A DNA stretch of 58,122 nt from Chlorokybus atmophyticus (taxonomy: Eukaryota > Plantae > Mesostigma and Chlorokybus algae), in contig RHPI01003020.1 of assembly GCA_009103225.1 (NCBI GenBank), forward strand, positions 240,724 through 298,845, written 5' to 3'. Position numbers and translations under genes: made by a program. The notes below the pieces were generated by a model, which saw only the letters and a list, made by a program, of their open reading frames with translations, was not told the DNA's origin and did no database searches. Each line of letters begins with the position of its first letter. The first letter of the stretch is position 1. Of this stretch, positions 1 through 12,926 are shown piece by piece.

Positions 1-1005
1 GGGGGAGGGGGGGTCTTGATACTGAGGTGACTATGCAGTCGATGCTTTTGCTATTGACATTTGGCATTGTCGAAGTCCACACATTGACATAGCTGTGCAC
101 AGGGGGCCCACTTCTTCTGCAATGACCACAGCCTATCATTGCACGCCATTGCATACCCATCCATTATCATATGCACACTCTACCCTATCATCATGCACAT
201 GGCCATACGCATGCTCACGCACGCACGCACGCACGCACGTGGTGTGTGCGTGCTGATGCAAGTTGCGCTGCATCACTACGCTCGTCAACACGCTCACATT
301 GTCGTTACCATGGCGCGCCAACGTTGCGTCCACGTCCGTGGCCAGCGATGTCCCTCACAGTTGCACCCATCCCGGCCCGCTGCAACCGCCGTTGCTTCCC
401 ACTCGCGTATCGCCAATGCCCGCCGTTACCGTAACACCGCCACTAAGGCACTTCGCCGCCGTGTATGCAGCACCAGCATCTGCACCCGGCATCCCAGTGC
501 TGCAATTGTCTGAATAGCTGATGCGGATAGCAATTGCATGATAGTGTCCACTATGGTGTTGGCAGTCGTAGATGCAAAGCCGCCCTGCACAGGCTGGACT
601 ACGTAGGTAGTGTGCATGTACCACAGCTCTGCTGTTTGTTCCTATCCTAATGCATGTGTGGTGCAAGCTGAAGGCCATAACATATGGTGTGCACCCCCTA
701 GACAAGTAGCCTTCTAGTGCTAGGCAACTCAACACGTCAGCCTTAGAAGCACAACCACTATCACATGCAGGGCAGCGCCTGCTGCAACACTGTCAACAAC
801 CATATCAGCTACCTGCTTTGTATCAATTGCAGTCTTTGACAAGAAGTGGCATAGACATGTTTCACCATTTGCACATAAATGTAAACGAATGCACTCTGGT
901 GTCCAGGCCTGGGGCTATATATGGGGTTACAGCAGGTTGCAACCAGAGCGCCTACACTAAGCAACAACAGCGCCTACACAAGTAGGTATGTGCAGTAAGT
1001 ACTAG

Positions 1006-2370
1006 TTATGTACAGGACTGGACACCAATACTGCTGGTAACCGCAGCTTGGTTAAACGAGTGACTTGCTTGCTGCTTGACAGTCCAACAGCGCAACGGTG
1101 GTGATGCAGTTGAATTGGCAGCTTCGCTGCCATCTGCTGTGCGGGGGCGCTTGCTGGAGCCCATGCAGTGTAGCACTTCCGCCAAAAGGAGGCTGATTAA
1201 AACTCTTGAAGGCACTACCTGCCTCAGCCCCAGCTAGGTCTTGTACTACCACTGCAACTGCTTCTTCTTCCGCTTGCAGCAAGACGACAGCACGCAAAGC
1301 GCAGCCAACTGCTGCTCGACGTCCCCTGACTCCAACATGCTATTCACAGCGTTGGCAGCGGTAGCAGCGGCAGAGGCTATGATGTTGAGAAGTTCTTCAG
1401 CACAATGCCGCATTAATTGGTCAGTGAACTGCACCAATCTTATGGCCGCCAGTAACCCACCAGCTTTAGCAACTCTCATCACGAGTGCCGCCATAAGTCC
1501 TCGCTAGCTTTGCCAACATGACCAATGATGACTTCAATATAGCCTGGTTGTCTTACTTCAGAAGCTTGACCGAAGCTTCGATATCGCCAGCATCAATCAA
1601 CTTGAGAGCTATGGCTTCTTCACGCACCAGGCTGTAAAGCAATGATGCTGTGAACTGCAATTTGAACGAGCATTCACTCGTTCGCAAATGCTCCACCAAC
1701 GACTTCACATTGTCACGCAATGCAAGTGCAATGTCATGTCAGCAGGCAGTATTGTATCAAACCAGGCTCCTAAGCGTGCGTACAGCAGCCGCCTGCACCG
1801 GCCTTGTTGATTGAGCGGACAACAGAAGCTGAATAATGGGTAGTGCTACGCCAGCTCGGGCAACACTCTGTGCAGAGGAGCAATCTCCTGCCAAGTTGCC
1901 CAGTATGGCCACTGCAGATTCTCTTGGACAAGTGAGTCGCTACTAGCCACCTGGACCTTTGTGCAACTTGACTGAACGAGCTGTAATAGAAGCGGAAACC
2001 CAAACGCGTTCACAGTATCCTGCTGCACAGTCTTGAACTGGAAGGCACTGCACCTGTTTGTGTAGCTTGCCAGGATGCAGGGAGCTTTAAGGATGTCAAC
2101 TTTGCGATATTTGCAGCTGACCTCCTTCACAGAAGCGAGTAAGTCAGGGACGACGCCACCTTCGACCGTCTCCTTTCTGTCATTGTGATTGTCGATCTTT
2201 GCCCTTACGGCACGGAGGATGAATGACAGTAGCCGCGTTTCAGGTCAAGTAGCGGCCTCCTTAGCATGCTGCAAGTCTCCTGACCTTGCTACAGTGTCCT
2301 CCACATGAATGAGGTCGCTCGCAGTGGCATGGCTGGTCGACGGCTTCGATGAAGCGCGCAACTGTGCCAT
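1006..2370 (-). pseudogene. Decayed intron-poor armadillo (ARM)-repeat gene
   Basis: Manual translation from ATG 2370 gives ARM-like helical repeats (VEGGVVPDLLASV, VAILGNLAGDCSSAQSVARAGVALPIIQLLLS, LIDAGDIEASVKLLK, VAKAGGLLAAIRLV). These are broken by in-frame stops at 2245-2247, 1757-1759, 1739-1741 and 1553-1555 and by at least two frameshifts. The 3' limit is approximate. Confidence 0.6.
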
Positions 2371-4102
2371 GGTTGTGCTGGCAGGCTTCAGTAGCTGGCA
2401 CAATTAGTGCTTAGCCAACTTTTCCACTGTCATTGGCAGTTCACGTGGCTCGCAACCGAGGCACTGCTGTTTTCAGACCTACAACCAGCCACAACCAGCT
2501 ATAGCCACATTACAAAAGACATGTACAAGCCCAAACTGCTGATTACCTGTCACAAACGCTACTTATTCCTGCTGCATTAGACAGAAGCAGCCTCCCAACT
2601 ACGGTTACAGTGACAGACCAGAGCAGCAGAACGCAGCATCAATTGCACCGCTTGACGTTGAAGACAGGCAGCTACTACCATAAGTCAGCAATCACATATA
2701 TATGCCCTCTACGCTGAAGCAACACAATACGCTCTAGTGCTTCCGCTACCGTCAGCCTGGGCGACATTCTCACCAACACTCACCAGTTGCAAGCACGCGG
2801 CTATCATCTTGCAGTCGCCGCCCCTGGACCTCACCACCTCTAACAGCCACCGTCACCACGCTCAGGCAGCCAAACAGTTCCACCCCAGCACCAACCGGAC
2901 GGACAGCTTCCCCAGCAACCGCCGCCACCTCCCCCGCCCCTCCCGCCAACGACGACGATGCCCACGCCCTGGTCACCGCCTTTCCCGCCAATCATGCCTC
3001 TTTGCACATTGAAATCGTGTAGTGTCTGTAGCTTATTCTCAATCGAGCGCGAACGGGTGTTAGGCCTAACCGGTCCTGGCCTGAACCGAATGCAGATTGC
3101 ACAACGCAGGCTGTGGGGCTCAGCTGCCTGTGGCATCAGGCTGCTATTCTATGTTGCGATTGCCTGTTGACTTGTCGAAAATTGGCAAGAAGCTGTTGTC
3201 AATGTGCCCGCTTGTCCTTTCCCCAGGCTCTTTGGCTGCATAGCTTGTTGAGCACTGCAGCCAAAGAGCCTGGCGTGGACAACCTCATGCATGCTTTCCC
3301 TCAGACTAGTTGACAGCTCAACTGTCAACCAGTGTACAAACTACAGAGGAGTCCTTCCTGTGCTACTTCGGCAGCGAGACGCGCATGCGCATGCGCATGC
3401 ACAAGCACATGCACGCAGCACCTCTTCCGGCCATTGTCACAAGGAAGACAAGGTCACATGAACAGTGGTAAGGTTACTCTACTGTGCATTGTGCTACGCG
3501 CGCTGGCATGCTAAGCTGGTTGACCAGCTGTCACACGCCTGCTGACAGCGACGGTAGGGCGCATGCTTGCAAAGCGTGCAGCATGGTGACGTGTCTTGTG
3601 TAATCTAGCTGTCACGTCAAGCAGAGACCACCCGACAAGAGTACACCAAATCTGGCGAAGAAATGGCACAGCTGTAACTGTTTCCAAGGCTCAAAGCATG
3701 TGCGCCTTACCAGCGGCAGTAGCACACACAGGCACACAGACACAGGCCGTTAGAAGAAACCAGCGATGGCATCGCACTATCATTGGAATGCTGTGTGCTG
3801 GTGGCAGCGATTGCTGTAGTTGGAATGCTGCTGGTTCATACAGGAGATTGGGTTATACAGGACTGCCCTCCTGTGCTGGAACCAATTGGATCCTGCTACT
3901 TCAGTCCCTTCCCCTGTGCTTGCAATGGGACTGAAAGATCAACTGGAAGCACATTCAATCTCCATGTGTATAAGTATGCTTCTTCTCCCCTGCTTCAACG
4001 GTGCCTCAAAGCAAGACAGGTGGTTTGGGCCTTGGATAGCAGTTTTACCTTCAGTGTCATCAGCCATAGCAGCAGCAGCAGCATCATTGTCAGCACCAAG
4101 GT

Positions 4103-7100
4103 ATGGCGGGATGGGTGTTGGGGTCGCCGAGGGCGGGCGGGAGGGCTTCGTACTCCTCTTTGGCGTCGTCGGCGGGGGCGATGGTGGTGGCCGTCGGCCT
4201 CTTGCTGCTGATAATCACTGTGTCTCAGCAGGAAAGCTTCCATTTCACCGAAGGTATGCAAACGGCTGCAAGATTGTTCAATTGTGCAAGCCTCCATATG
4301 CCTCTTCTTAACAAACCACTTGTTGATGAATCGGGACTTGAAACTCTTGGAGTTAAGCCAAGGCTGCTTGTGTTGTTGTCACAATTTGACTCGCTAATAG
4401 CTGACATGCCTACGTCTGACTTGAGCGTGTTTTAGTCGCTGTTTACTTTGGTGGCTTCACACACATATGGATGCGCACTCGCACACAACAAGTAACCATA
4501 CAGCCACTTGCTGACTTACTCATTGTGTGCCCAGCGTCTGCACCGCTATCTTCCTTATGGCCACTTCGCACCGTCGCCCGGTCTCTCCTCGTGAACACCA
4601 CCAACCTCAACACCACCACCTCGCACCCCAACACAACTCCCACACTATGCCCATTGCCCACTCAACACACCCTTGACCACCAACTGGGCGCACTCTGCCA
4701 TGCCGAGCTCGCGCGTCTGAAAGACTCTCCTCTTCCTGCGGATATAAACGCCAAGGAGCTTGCAAGCGAGATCTCCGCTGCCGACGATGTCGATGAGGCG
4801 ACTGGGCTCAGCACTTCTGAGGCTTGCAGACATGCACGCCGATGGTGTGGACCTGAGGTGAGGTCACAATAGTTCATGCAGAGTGTGCCTCTCCATGTGT
4901 GTCTCTGTTTGCGTGTTTGTGTGTGCGTGCGCAGTTGAGTGTTTGTTGCTTTGACGGACTGACTAAGCCAACTTTCATTGTATTTTTCAGTCAGTGAGGG
5001 TGCCGCTCCAGGTTAATGCGACCGTGGAGACCATTGAGGAGTGCACTGCAGCTGCTGTGAATACGGTGAGTTGATGTGTATCAGTACTTGCACGCACCAT
5101 GACGCTAGCTGACATATTGAGTGTGCTCACTTCCACAGTACTTGAGGAATGAGCATCCAACATACCGTTGCGGTGTGGACGAGTCCGCAAGAGATGCTGC
5201 TCAAGATTCCCGCGCTCTAACGCTTGTGACATGGTAGGATGTCTCCATGTGCGTGCATGTGTGTATGCGCGTGTGTATGCGCGTGTTCGCGCATGTGCTG
5301 GTGCATGCATCAACACTCATGCACTTAGGAGTGCATGTTCATTATGTGTTTGTTACCAAACATGCAGGAAGCTGGACTGGATTGAGAACATAGGCTTGGG
5401 CAACAAGATGTTCATGGCCGCACGGCTGCTGGCCATCGCGAAGGAAACTGGGCGCTTGGCCCTGATGAACAACGAGCCAAGGTTTTGTGTGTCCAGTTGT
5501 TCTGAATGCATGCAGAAGGGTACATGCGAGCTGTTGTCACATGCTTTCAGTGAGGCTGGAAGGTCCAGTCAACTGGCGTCCTTTTGTATGTTGACAGAAA
5601 CGACTGGTGGAAGGAAGTCCTGAAGGTGGTGTTCTGGAAATGGACCCTGTACGACCCCGACAGCATGGAAGCGGTAATACAACAGTACCAAGTATTCATC
5701 AAACATCGTTTGCACATGTTGATTGCTGCCACTTTATTAATTCGATTGTGTTCAATTGTGTTGATCATAGGTGGGATTGGAGTGGAAGGATGTGGGCACA
5801 GACCCCTACTCTGCCGATGCCATCGGATGGAAAGGGGAGCGTGAGGCTGAAGTCTATGGCGTCCCGCACGACCAGAACCTGAGAGTATGTGAATCAACCC
5901 ATGGTTGGTGGTGGACTGTGTTCGTTAACTTAGGGTGAATGTAATGTGTGTGCCTAGGTAGCAGGGTTTGTTCAGTCCTGGAAGTACTTCCATAAGTACG
6001 ATCGCGATGTGTGTGAGGCTTTTCAGCTGCGGCCAAGACACCAGGTGAACTCACTACAATACTACTGTGTGTGTGAGCTTGCGCGCGTGCGTGGGTTTTG
6101 TGTTGGAAGAAGGCGGGGGGTCGTCTTTATACACCCGCATTGTGTGAATATCGTGCGTATGACTTCACTTAATGTTGCCATGCACAACCAAGCAGGCGCT
6201 GGTAGAGGCCAAGCTCAACATGATGTACGCCGCGACATCTTTCCCGCGGCACCTTCCCATAGTCGCCGTGCATGTAAGCCAACAACCTCACTGCTTGCAC
6301 AGGGATGCAACAGGGGATACATCCATGCCAACATGCAACTGCATGCAGGTGAGGAGAGGGGACTACCTCACTTGGCGCGACAACGACGGGGCTATTGTGT
6401 TTATCACACTCGGGCGGGACTACTACCATCGGGCTCTTATGATTCTCGCAGACAGGGCAAGCACTGCAACCATAAATCCAATCTTTATCACATTGTGACA
6501 AGCCCATGTTGTTGTGTAGTTACTGTGTCATATTCATGACACAATACACACAGGTGGGTTCGCTGGACACGCTGGTGTTCATGGTGTTCTCCAATGACGT
6601 CGAGTGGGTCAAACAGCAGTCTTTCTTCCAATCCCTCCGCTACGTGTACTATGTCCCCGCATCCAACGAACCCTGGATTGACATCTACCTGATGGCCCAG
6701 GCAAGGCTCTTGTACTATGCTGGTTTGAGTTTATGTGGGTGGTGGTATTGACAGCACTTGTATCACAACCACATCTACAGGCGCAACACCACATCATTGC
6801 AAACTCCACTTACTCCTGGTGGGGAGCATTCCTGGCGGAGTGTAGGAGGCTATACGACAGATGGTGGAGTATCATCATCAATGAAGATTGTGCGAATGCT
6901 GCTCTCAATATCGGTGAGGCTCGCCGCGACGGCGCCACTGCACAAGTAAGAGCTACACTGTATATGCCCGTGACGCATCACAAAGTTGATGTTGAATGAG
7001 ACGTGGTTCTTGTTCTCACATGCATGTTGATGAGTTTTTCCTCCTCCTCTTGTATCAACACAAGGGTATGGTGATTGCCAACCGCTGGTTCTTTGTCCAC

Positions 7101-7367
7101 CACAACCGCATGGGTTACAAGCCTGGTGACTTTCATCGACCGTCATGGACCGTCATCGATGAGCCACAGCCTTGCCCACAGGTGACTCATGTAATTGTGT
7201 GGTTGCGTTGTAGTGCTGCATGTTTAAACACTGCTGCACGAGTGGTCCATTGACACCTATAGATGTGCTTTCTATAGGGTTATGTTGAGATGCGGGCGTT
7301 CACGGCAACTGAAGAACGCGTGTGTACTCCCGCTTCGTCCAACAGCACCACCACCGTCACCGCATGA
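4103..7367 (+). CDS. Glycosyltransferase family 11 (alpha-1,2-fucosyltransferase-like), type II membrane protein, multi-exon
   Basis: Exon 1 (4103-4253) has a short tail plus TM (AMVVAVGLLLLIITVS) and joins in phase 1 to 4535, which has a CTGAC branch point upstream. The stem is rich in NxT sequons. Spliced motifs typical of GT11: GLGNKMF..A.LLAIA...GR, GFVQSWKYF, VAVH|VRRGDYL, VFSNDVEWVK, LMAQ|AQHHIIANSTYSWWGAFL. TGA at 7365-7367. Confidence 0.9.
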
Positions 7368-8136
7368 AGTAACCCACCATCCAACAAGGACGTGATGAAA
7401 CTTTTGGACATAATTGTTTGTGTGTGAGCGGCCCGCATGCTTCAGTGTGTCCTTGCGGCAAATATGAAACTTGCTGTGCTTGTGCCTGTAAACTAGTAGC
7501 ATAGCGATGTGAAATAATCTTGTACATACAAATGTACTGTTGATTGCTCATTCTTGACCTGAGTCCAAACCTGAGACCTTGACAACATGAAACCTAAGGT
7601 CCCAGTGATGTATTGACATAACCAACAGCAACGGAGAACGTTTGTGCGGGAGCAAGGGAATGGCCCAGCACCAGGTTCATGTATGTATGTTGAGTTCCCG
7701 CATGGCTGTCATTGAATGCGAACATGCATAATACCATACCACACACCCTTACTAGTCATAATGTGCATACAACATATAGTGTGTGTCTATCCTTACTTAT
7801 CCTTACTGTTGTCATGCGCGGCTTGTACTACTTTCTGCAGAAGAAAGCTCCAGCTGGCCTTGCCCGCTCTCAAGGTTCAAACTCCGTGTCTCCTCTATGT
7901 TGCACACTGCACATGTACTGTGTAGAACAAAAAATTACATCGCAACTCTCCTATCCCACATGCACATAACACATACAGTGCCCTTGTGCTGCTGCTCTCA
8001 ATAGCCTTGCATGACGGGTTGCACCATCCATTGCAACAAAGAGAAAGAGAGGAAGGATGCAAGCAGCTTACAACTCACAACAATCTTCAACATGACACAC
8101 AACTCCGCATGTTACCCTAGGTCAATGTTGGCCTGT

Positions 8137-10905
8137 TCAGGGAGTGACGAGGAAGCTCCCCAAGCACACGAGCATGTGGCGGTCCACGGTGAGGTGCGTG
8201 ATCTTGGTGCCTCTGCCGAGGTCTAACGTGACCGACTTGTCGTTGTCGTTGTTGCTGCTGCTGTTGCCAAACCAACCTGATGACGATGAGGTGTTGCGGA
8301 AGCTCAGCTCGCGGCCGCTGTTGCCCAAACTCATCTGCATGACGAGAGACAAGCAAGAAAGGGCCAATGGTTAGGAGTTGTTGGGAGGAAAGACAAGCGC
8401 GTACTTGTGTGTGCCCCAGTGCATGTGTGCGCATGTGCGTGTGCAGATGTCTGCATGCGCGTTGTGCGTATGTGTGCGCTTACATCTACGCGTGCGCGTC
8501 AACAAGCCTCCTCTTGAAAACAGACAGAAAAGTGCAATAGATGTTCCGCACTACAAACACAAATGGACGCCCCAAGTCCTCCGCACACACACGTACGAGT
8601 GCACGCATCAACTACAAACCAACACACATACCCATACACATACCCACACAGCTCCCACACACATCTCCCCTCCCCTACCTTCACGCTGACGTGTCTCGTC
8701 TCCCCACCCTCCCCCGCCACATCCACACCAACCGCCCCCCGCGTCAACCGCACATCCGACGCGCGCGTCCGGTGTGTGTCGTCGGCCAGAAGCTGAGACA
8801 GGAGGCCGTCAAAGAAGCCGGCGGCGAGGGGACTTGACAAACTACAATGGGCGGTAAAAGGGTGAGAGTGATGAGTGAAGTGAGAGATTTGCATGCATGC
8901 ATGCATGCATGTCGTGAGTGAGGATTGAAGGAGTGAGTGGATTCGTGATTGATGTAGCGATGTGGTGATTGATTGTGTGAGTGTTGCAGTGAGTGAATGA
9001 GTGATCGATGAAGTCAGTGAGCGAGTGACGAGGGGTTGTGTGGGTATGTATGGGTAGGTGAGACTAAACCAGTTCATGGACAAGTGGATGAGCGCATGGA
9101 CGAATGCCGCAAGAGTGGAAGAGGAGGAGCAAAACAGGAACAACTACATGATTGACAGGATAGCTGATCTGGACACCCAACTGGTTTATGTGGTGCATGT
9201 CGGATTGTATGTTATCATGGTACAGTGACAAAGCGCATTGTGTGCCAGCAAGAATGATGAGAAAAGACTACTAGCCCAAAATGTTGACGCCAAGTTATAC
9301 AAGATCATGTTATTGTTGCGAGCAACTTGTTTAGCCACGACCAAGCTGTACGTGAGTACAATGTTCTTTTGTTACCGAACACAGCGCATTTCCAACTCAA
9401 GTTTATAACCACCCATTCACATTGGAAAATCATTCCGCGCTGCTCACCTCTGTCGCACGTCGGCTTCTGAAAGCAGTATCCTGGCAGTCACTGTGAACGG
9501 GTGTTTGAGAACCCTGCACGCAAGTAGTAATAAGCGAAGTTGCTAACCACAACACTGAACTTTGTCATCGCGCCCGCGGTTTGTGTAAGAAAGAAAACAA
9601 CACGCTTACTGGCCGCCGGCGAGGCTGTTGAGGTTGATGTCGATCGGACCCGTGCGCAGCGTCACGTTGGATATGCGTATGCCCTGCAAGAGAGTTGTGG
9701 TGGTGGGGTGTGTGTGTGGGGGGGGGGGACATGAGTACACTTGGCTCACACCGCGTGCATATGACAAACAACAACCACCCTGATGATAAACAAACTGGAG
9801 AGAGAGAGAGAAAGGCCATGGATAGGACTCACCTTATAGACAATGGATCGTCCGACAACGCGCACGCCACCGATGCGTCCGGACGACTTGCCCTTGAATA
9901 TCTTCACGTCCAAGTCACGGGACGAGTCCAGCTGTGGGACATCGCGTTGAAACCGGGTCAGTATGCACCATGTTGCCACTGCTATTGCGCCGATGGGAGC
10001 GAAAGGGGATTGCGTGCGTGTGCGTGCATGTACATATGGATGTGCGTGTGCACGCGCACGCTCATTTGTGTGCATATGTGCGTGCACATGCGTGTGAGTG
10101 TGCGCATGCATGTTCGTGTTACATTGAAAACGTGATGACAGACATGTGGCTTTGTGTGTCGCACAATGCATTGAAATGCTGCAACACGATACATCACGCA
10201 AATGTAAGCTGTCGGACACGCACCCATGCGCTCCATAGCGTACGACACCAATGGCACCATCGCATGCATGCTGAAGCTGTTTGTTGCAGTGAGCATGTGC
10301 TCGGTAGAGTTGAGCCAAACCCGTACAAGACAGTGCATGCAAGCTACTGCAACGACCACGCAGCGCAACCAGCCGAATTCTGAACATGTGATACTGAGCG
10401 ATGCTGAGAATGGCTGTGCACATGCTTGGGAGTAAGCGCCCATGGACGCAGCTCCATGTATGCCTATGTACATGTGTCCATGTGCGCGCTTGCACTGGCA
10501 CGCACGCACACACACACACACACGTGTGCATGCATGAGTACCAACGCAATTCAATTCATGCGTGATTGCCATGCCGCCACTGACCTGCGACCGCACGAAC
10601 AGCTGGACCGCTTTGCCCAACACCATGCCCAACACCCCGCTGCCCCTATCCCTCTTGTCCTCCTCGTCCTCTTCCCACTGCTCCTCCCACTCCTCCTGCT
10701 CCTGCTCGAACCCTCTATCCTTGACCGCAGAGACCCGGCACCGCCGCCGCGGCCGCCTGCTCAACGCGGCGGCAGGGAGACCGTCTCTGAGCAAGCTTCT
10801 CAGATGACGACTAGAGTGAGGAGCAGGAGGTGAAGATGCACACGGAGGAGGAAGGCGAGCAGGAGCACGACACAGCAGCGGCGGCGTCAGGCAGGCCGCC
10901 AGCAT
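8137..10905 (-). CDS. DUF2993 / LmeA-like putative phospholipid-binding protein with plastid transit-peptide-like N-terminus
   Basis: Exon 1 (10905-10585) is an A/P/R/S-rich leader followed by VLGKAVQLFVRSQ. Further exons: 9931-9833 (LDSSRDLDVKIF...RSIVYK), GIRISNVTLRTGPIDINL, VLKHPFTVTARILLSEADVRQ, 8841-8679 (SLSSPLAAGFFDGLL) and 8334-8137 (LDLGRGTKITHLTVDRHMLVCLGSFLVTP*). This matches my recollection of cyanobacterial DUF2993 proteins block by block. One internal exon (about 8480-8610) could not be resolved. Confidence 0.78.
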
Positions 10906-11217
10906 TGCCGCCCCGCGAATTGGCGGGGGCTCAACGGCTAGCTGCGCCACGTCAGGCGGCTGGGACGACCGTACACGTGTCAAAAAGCGCAATGCATGCG
11001 GCTTTGTACGTTTGCATGCATGCAAGGTTAGGGTCCTACCCGGTATACACGATGCACTATATCGCGATGACAATTGGCACTTAGCTGATGTATACACATG
11101 TACAATACCAAAAGATACATTGGACGTAGCCAACCTCATGTTACAATAGCCCTCCGCCCCTATAATGAATTGATCTTCTGAGGAGGGACTTCAGGGAGGG
11201 AAGGGGGGGGGGGGGGG

Positions 11218-11340
11218 NNNNNNNNNNNNNNNNNNNNNNNNNNNNNNNNNNNNNNNNNNNNNNNNNNNNNNNNNNNNNNNNNNNNNNNNNNNNNNNNNNN
11301 NNNNNNNNNNNNNNNNNNNNNNNNNNNNNNNNNNNNNNNN
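11218..11340. other. Assembly gap (run of N flanked by poly-G)
   Basis: 123 N between G homopolymers. Confidence 1.
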
Positions 11341-12316
11341 GGGGGGGGGTATATATAGTATACTACGACGACAAGAAAAGCAAATTAAGGCAAGCATGTC
11401 TGCTCAAACAGACCAACAACTCTAACCTTGATTGCTATTCAAGTGCCACATATGCTTTGCACGTGCTGCTGGAGGCATGCATAGGGGCATGACAGGCATG
11501 CAGCATGATTGTTGCATACATCAAGCGTAGACCAATAAGCAAACCGTTTGCTGACCATCAAAAGCAACGTGCTATATGTGCTAGTTTTGCATGCGTGTGT
11601 GTGTTGCTGCTAATTTTGCAAGCATGCGCGCTGGCTTGCGTGTGTGAAAACATGGGGGGAAGGGCGTAGGCGTGCGCGCGTTTACGTGTGCGTGCGCTAA
11701 GCATACACGTATATTATACATATGGCAATAATGCCATATAGACAGAAGTTGTGCCCATACGCGCAATGGTTATCACACGCGTCCATGAGATTAATGCCAA
11801 TCTAAAAATATATACATATGCCATGCAGCATGTTCCTCTTTGAAGGTCCGCTTTAAGCAATTCCTCTGTTTAAAACATGTGTTGAGACGCTTGTTGCTTA
11901 AGTATCGCTTATTGACAAGTTGATAACTTTTTCTCTTCATTTTAATGCAATCTATTTATAATATGTATATAAGAACTTGCACCATGTACGCCCTACATTC
12001 AAATTACGCGTGGCGCTTTATATATAAAACATTGTGGGGCAGCTTGTAACATGTAAATATGATGCATTGCAATATGTACATGTGGCCGAATTGATGACGC
12101 ATCTTGAGCATGGTTGTTAACTGTAAAACTACAAACTGTGCAATTATGCATCATTATCCGATCTCAATACTTATTATAAAAATATGCATGTTTCCTATTG
12201 CAAAGTCATGTCACATTTAATGCACACGATTTGTGCACAAGATTCCTTTTTATATGGCATCTTTTGTACTCAATAGGACTCTTGTCCACACATCTTGCCA
12301 TCAATGTTGGCTCATG

Positions 12317-12491
12317 GCGATGATTGAAAATGTATAAACCAATTACCGGTAGTGCTTCTCAACGCTAGCATTAAATGGTCAATAGACGCGAATCTCTTGG
12401 TCACTGCGATGATTGAAAACGTATCAACCAATTACCGGTAGTGCTTCTCAACGCTAGTATCACATGGTCAATAGACAAGAATCTCTTGGTC
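12317..12491. repeat. Two-copy 89-bp tandem direct repeat
   Basis: gcgatgattgaaaa(t/c)gtat...gaatctcttggtc starts at 12317 and again at 12406, with roughly 88% identity by eye. Confidence 0.9.
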
Positions 12492-12926
12492 TGTGCCAAT
12501 GGCAGGCCGCCATGCACAGTGGGGTACGGAGCTGAGCGACGTGTCTCGCGCGCAACACAATCAAACCCGCAACGGCCCGAACCGTCGCGACGCGCACTAA
12601 ATAACGCGTGGCGCACACCAAGCCGAATAACCATCACGGCTTCTGTCGATATCAACACCTTGTCCCCGAGGATATCCATAGCATAGCCTACACGCAAGTT
12701 GATGTTGGCGTTATGTCCTGATGTCGAGCATCTCATGTATATCGGTAACCGTACGAAATGGTAGGTACAACACAAGACACGCTGGCGGCAATGTTGTCGA
12801 GCTCGTTGGCTACATGGGTGGCGGTGGCGGTGGCGGTGGCGGCAGCGTGGTGGATGGTGGGACTGAATTGCGCGTTGTTGAGGCTGCGTCCGGGTGTTAT
12901 CAAGTCTTGCGGCATGGCTGCTAGGC

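Noticed and set aside
30-740. Protein-like stretches on both strands at the left edge
   Set aside because: No consistent frame, splice model or recognisable motif.
3783-4297. ORFs 3783-4211 (+) and 3995-4297 (-) with hydrophobic segments
   Set aside because: The plus ORF has no upstream ATG in frame. The minus ORF is antisense to GT11 exon 1, which explains the signal better.
9072-9220. Exon-like segment readable on either strand (FMDKWMSAW.../LFLFCSSSSTLAAF...)
   Set aside because: It lies in a DUF2993 intron, and the flanking exons already join in frame to give the family motif.
9982-11139. 385-aa single ORF
   Set aside because: Only 10905-10585 is coding; the rest is read-through of a repeat-rich intron and upstream sequence.
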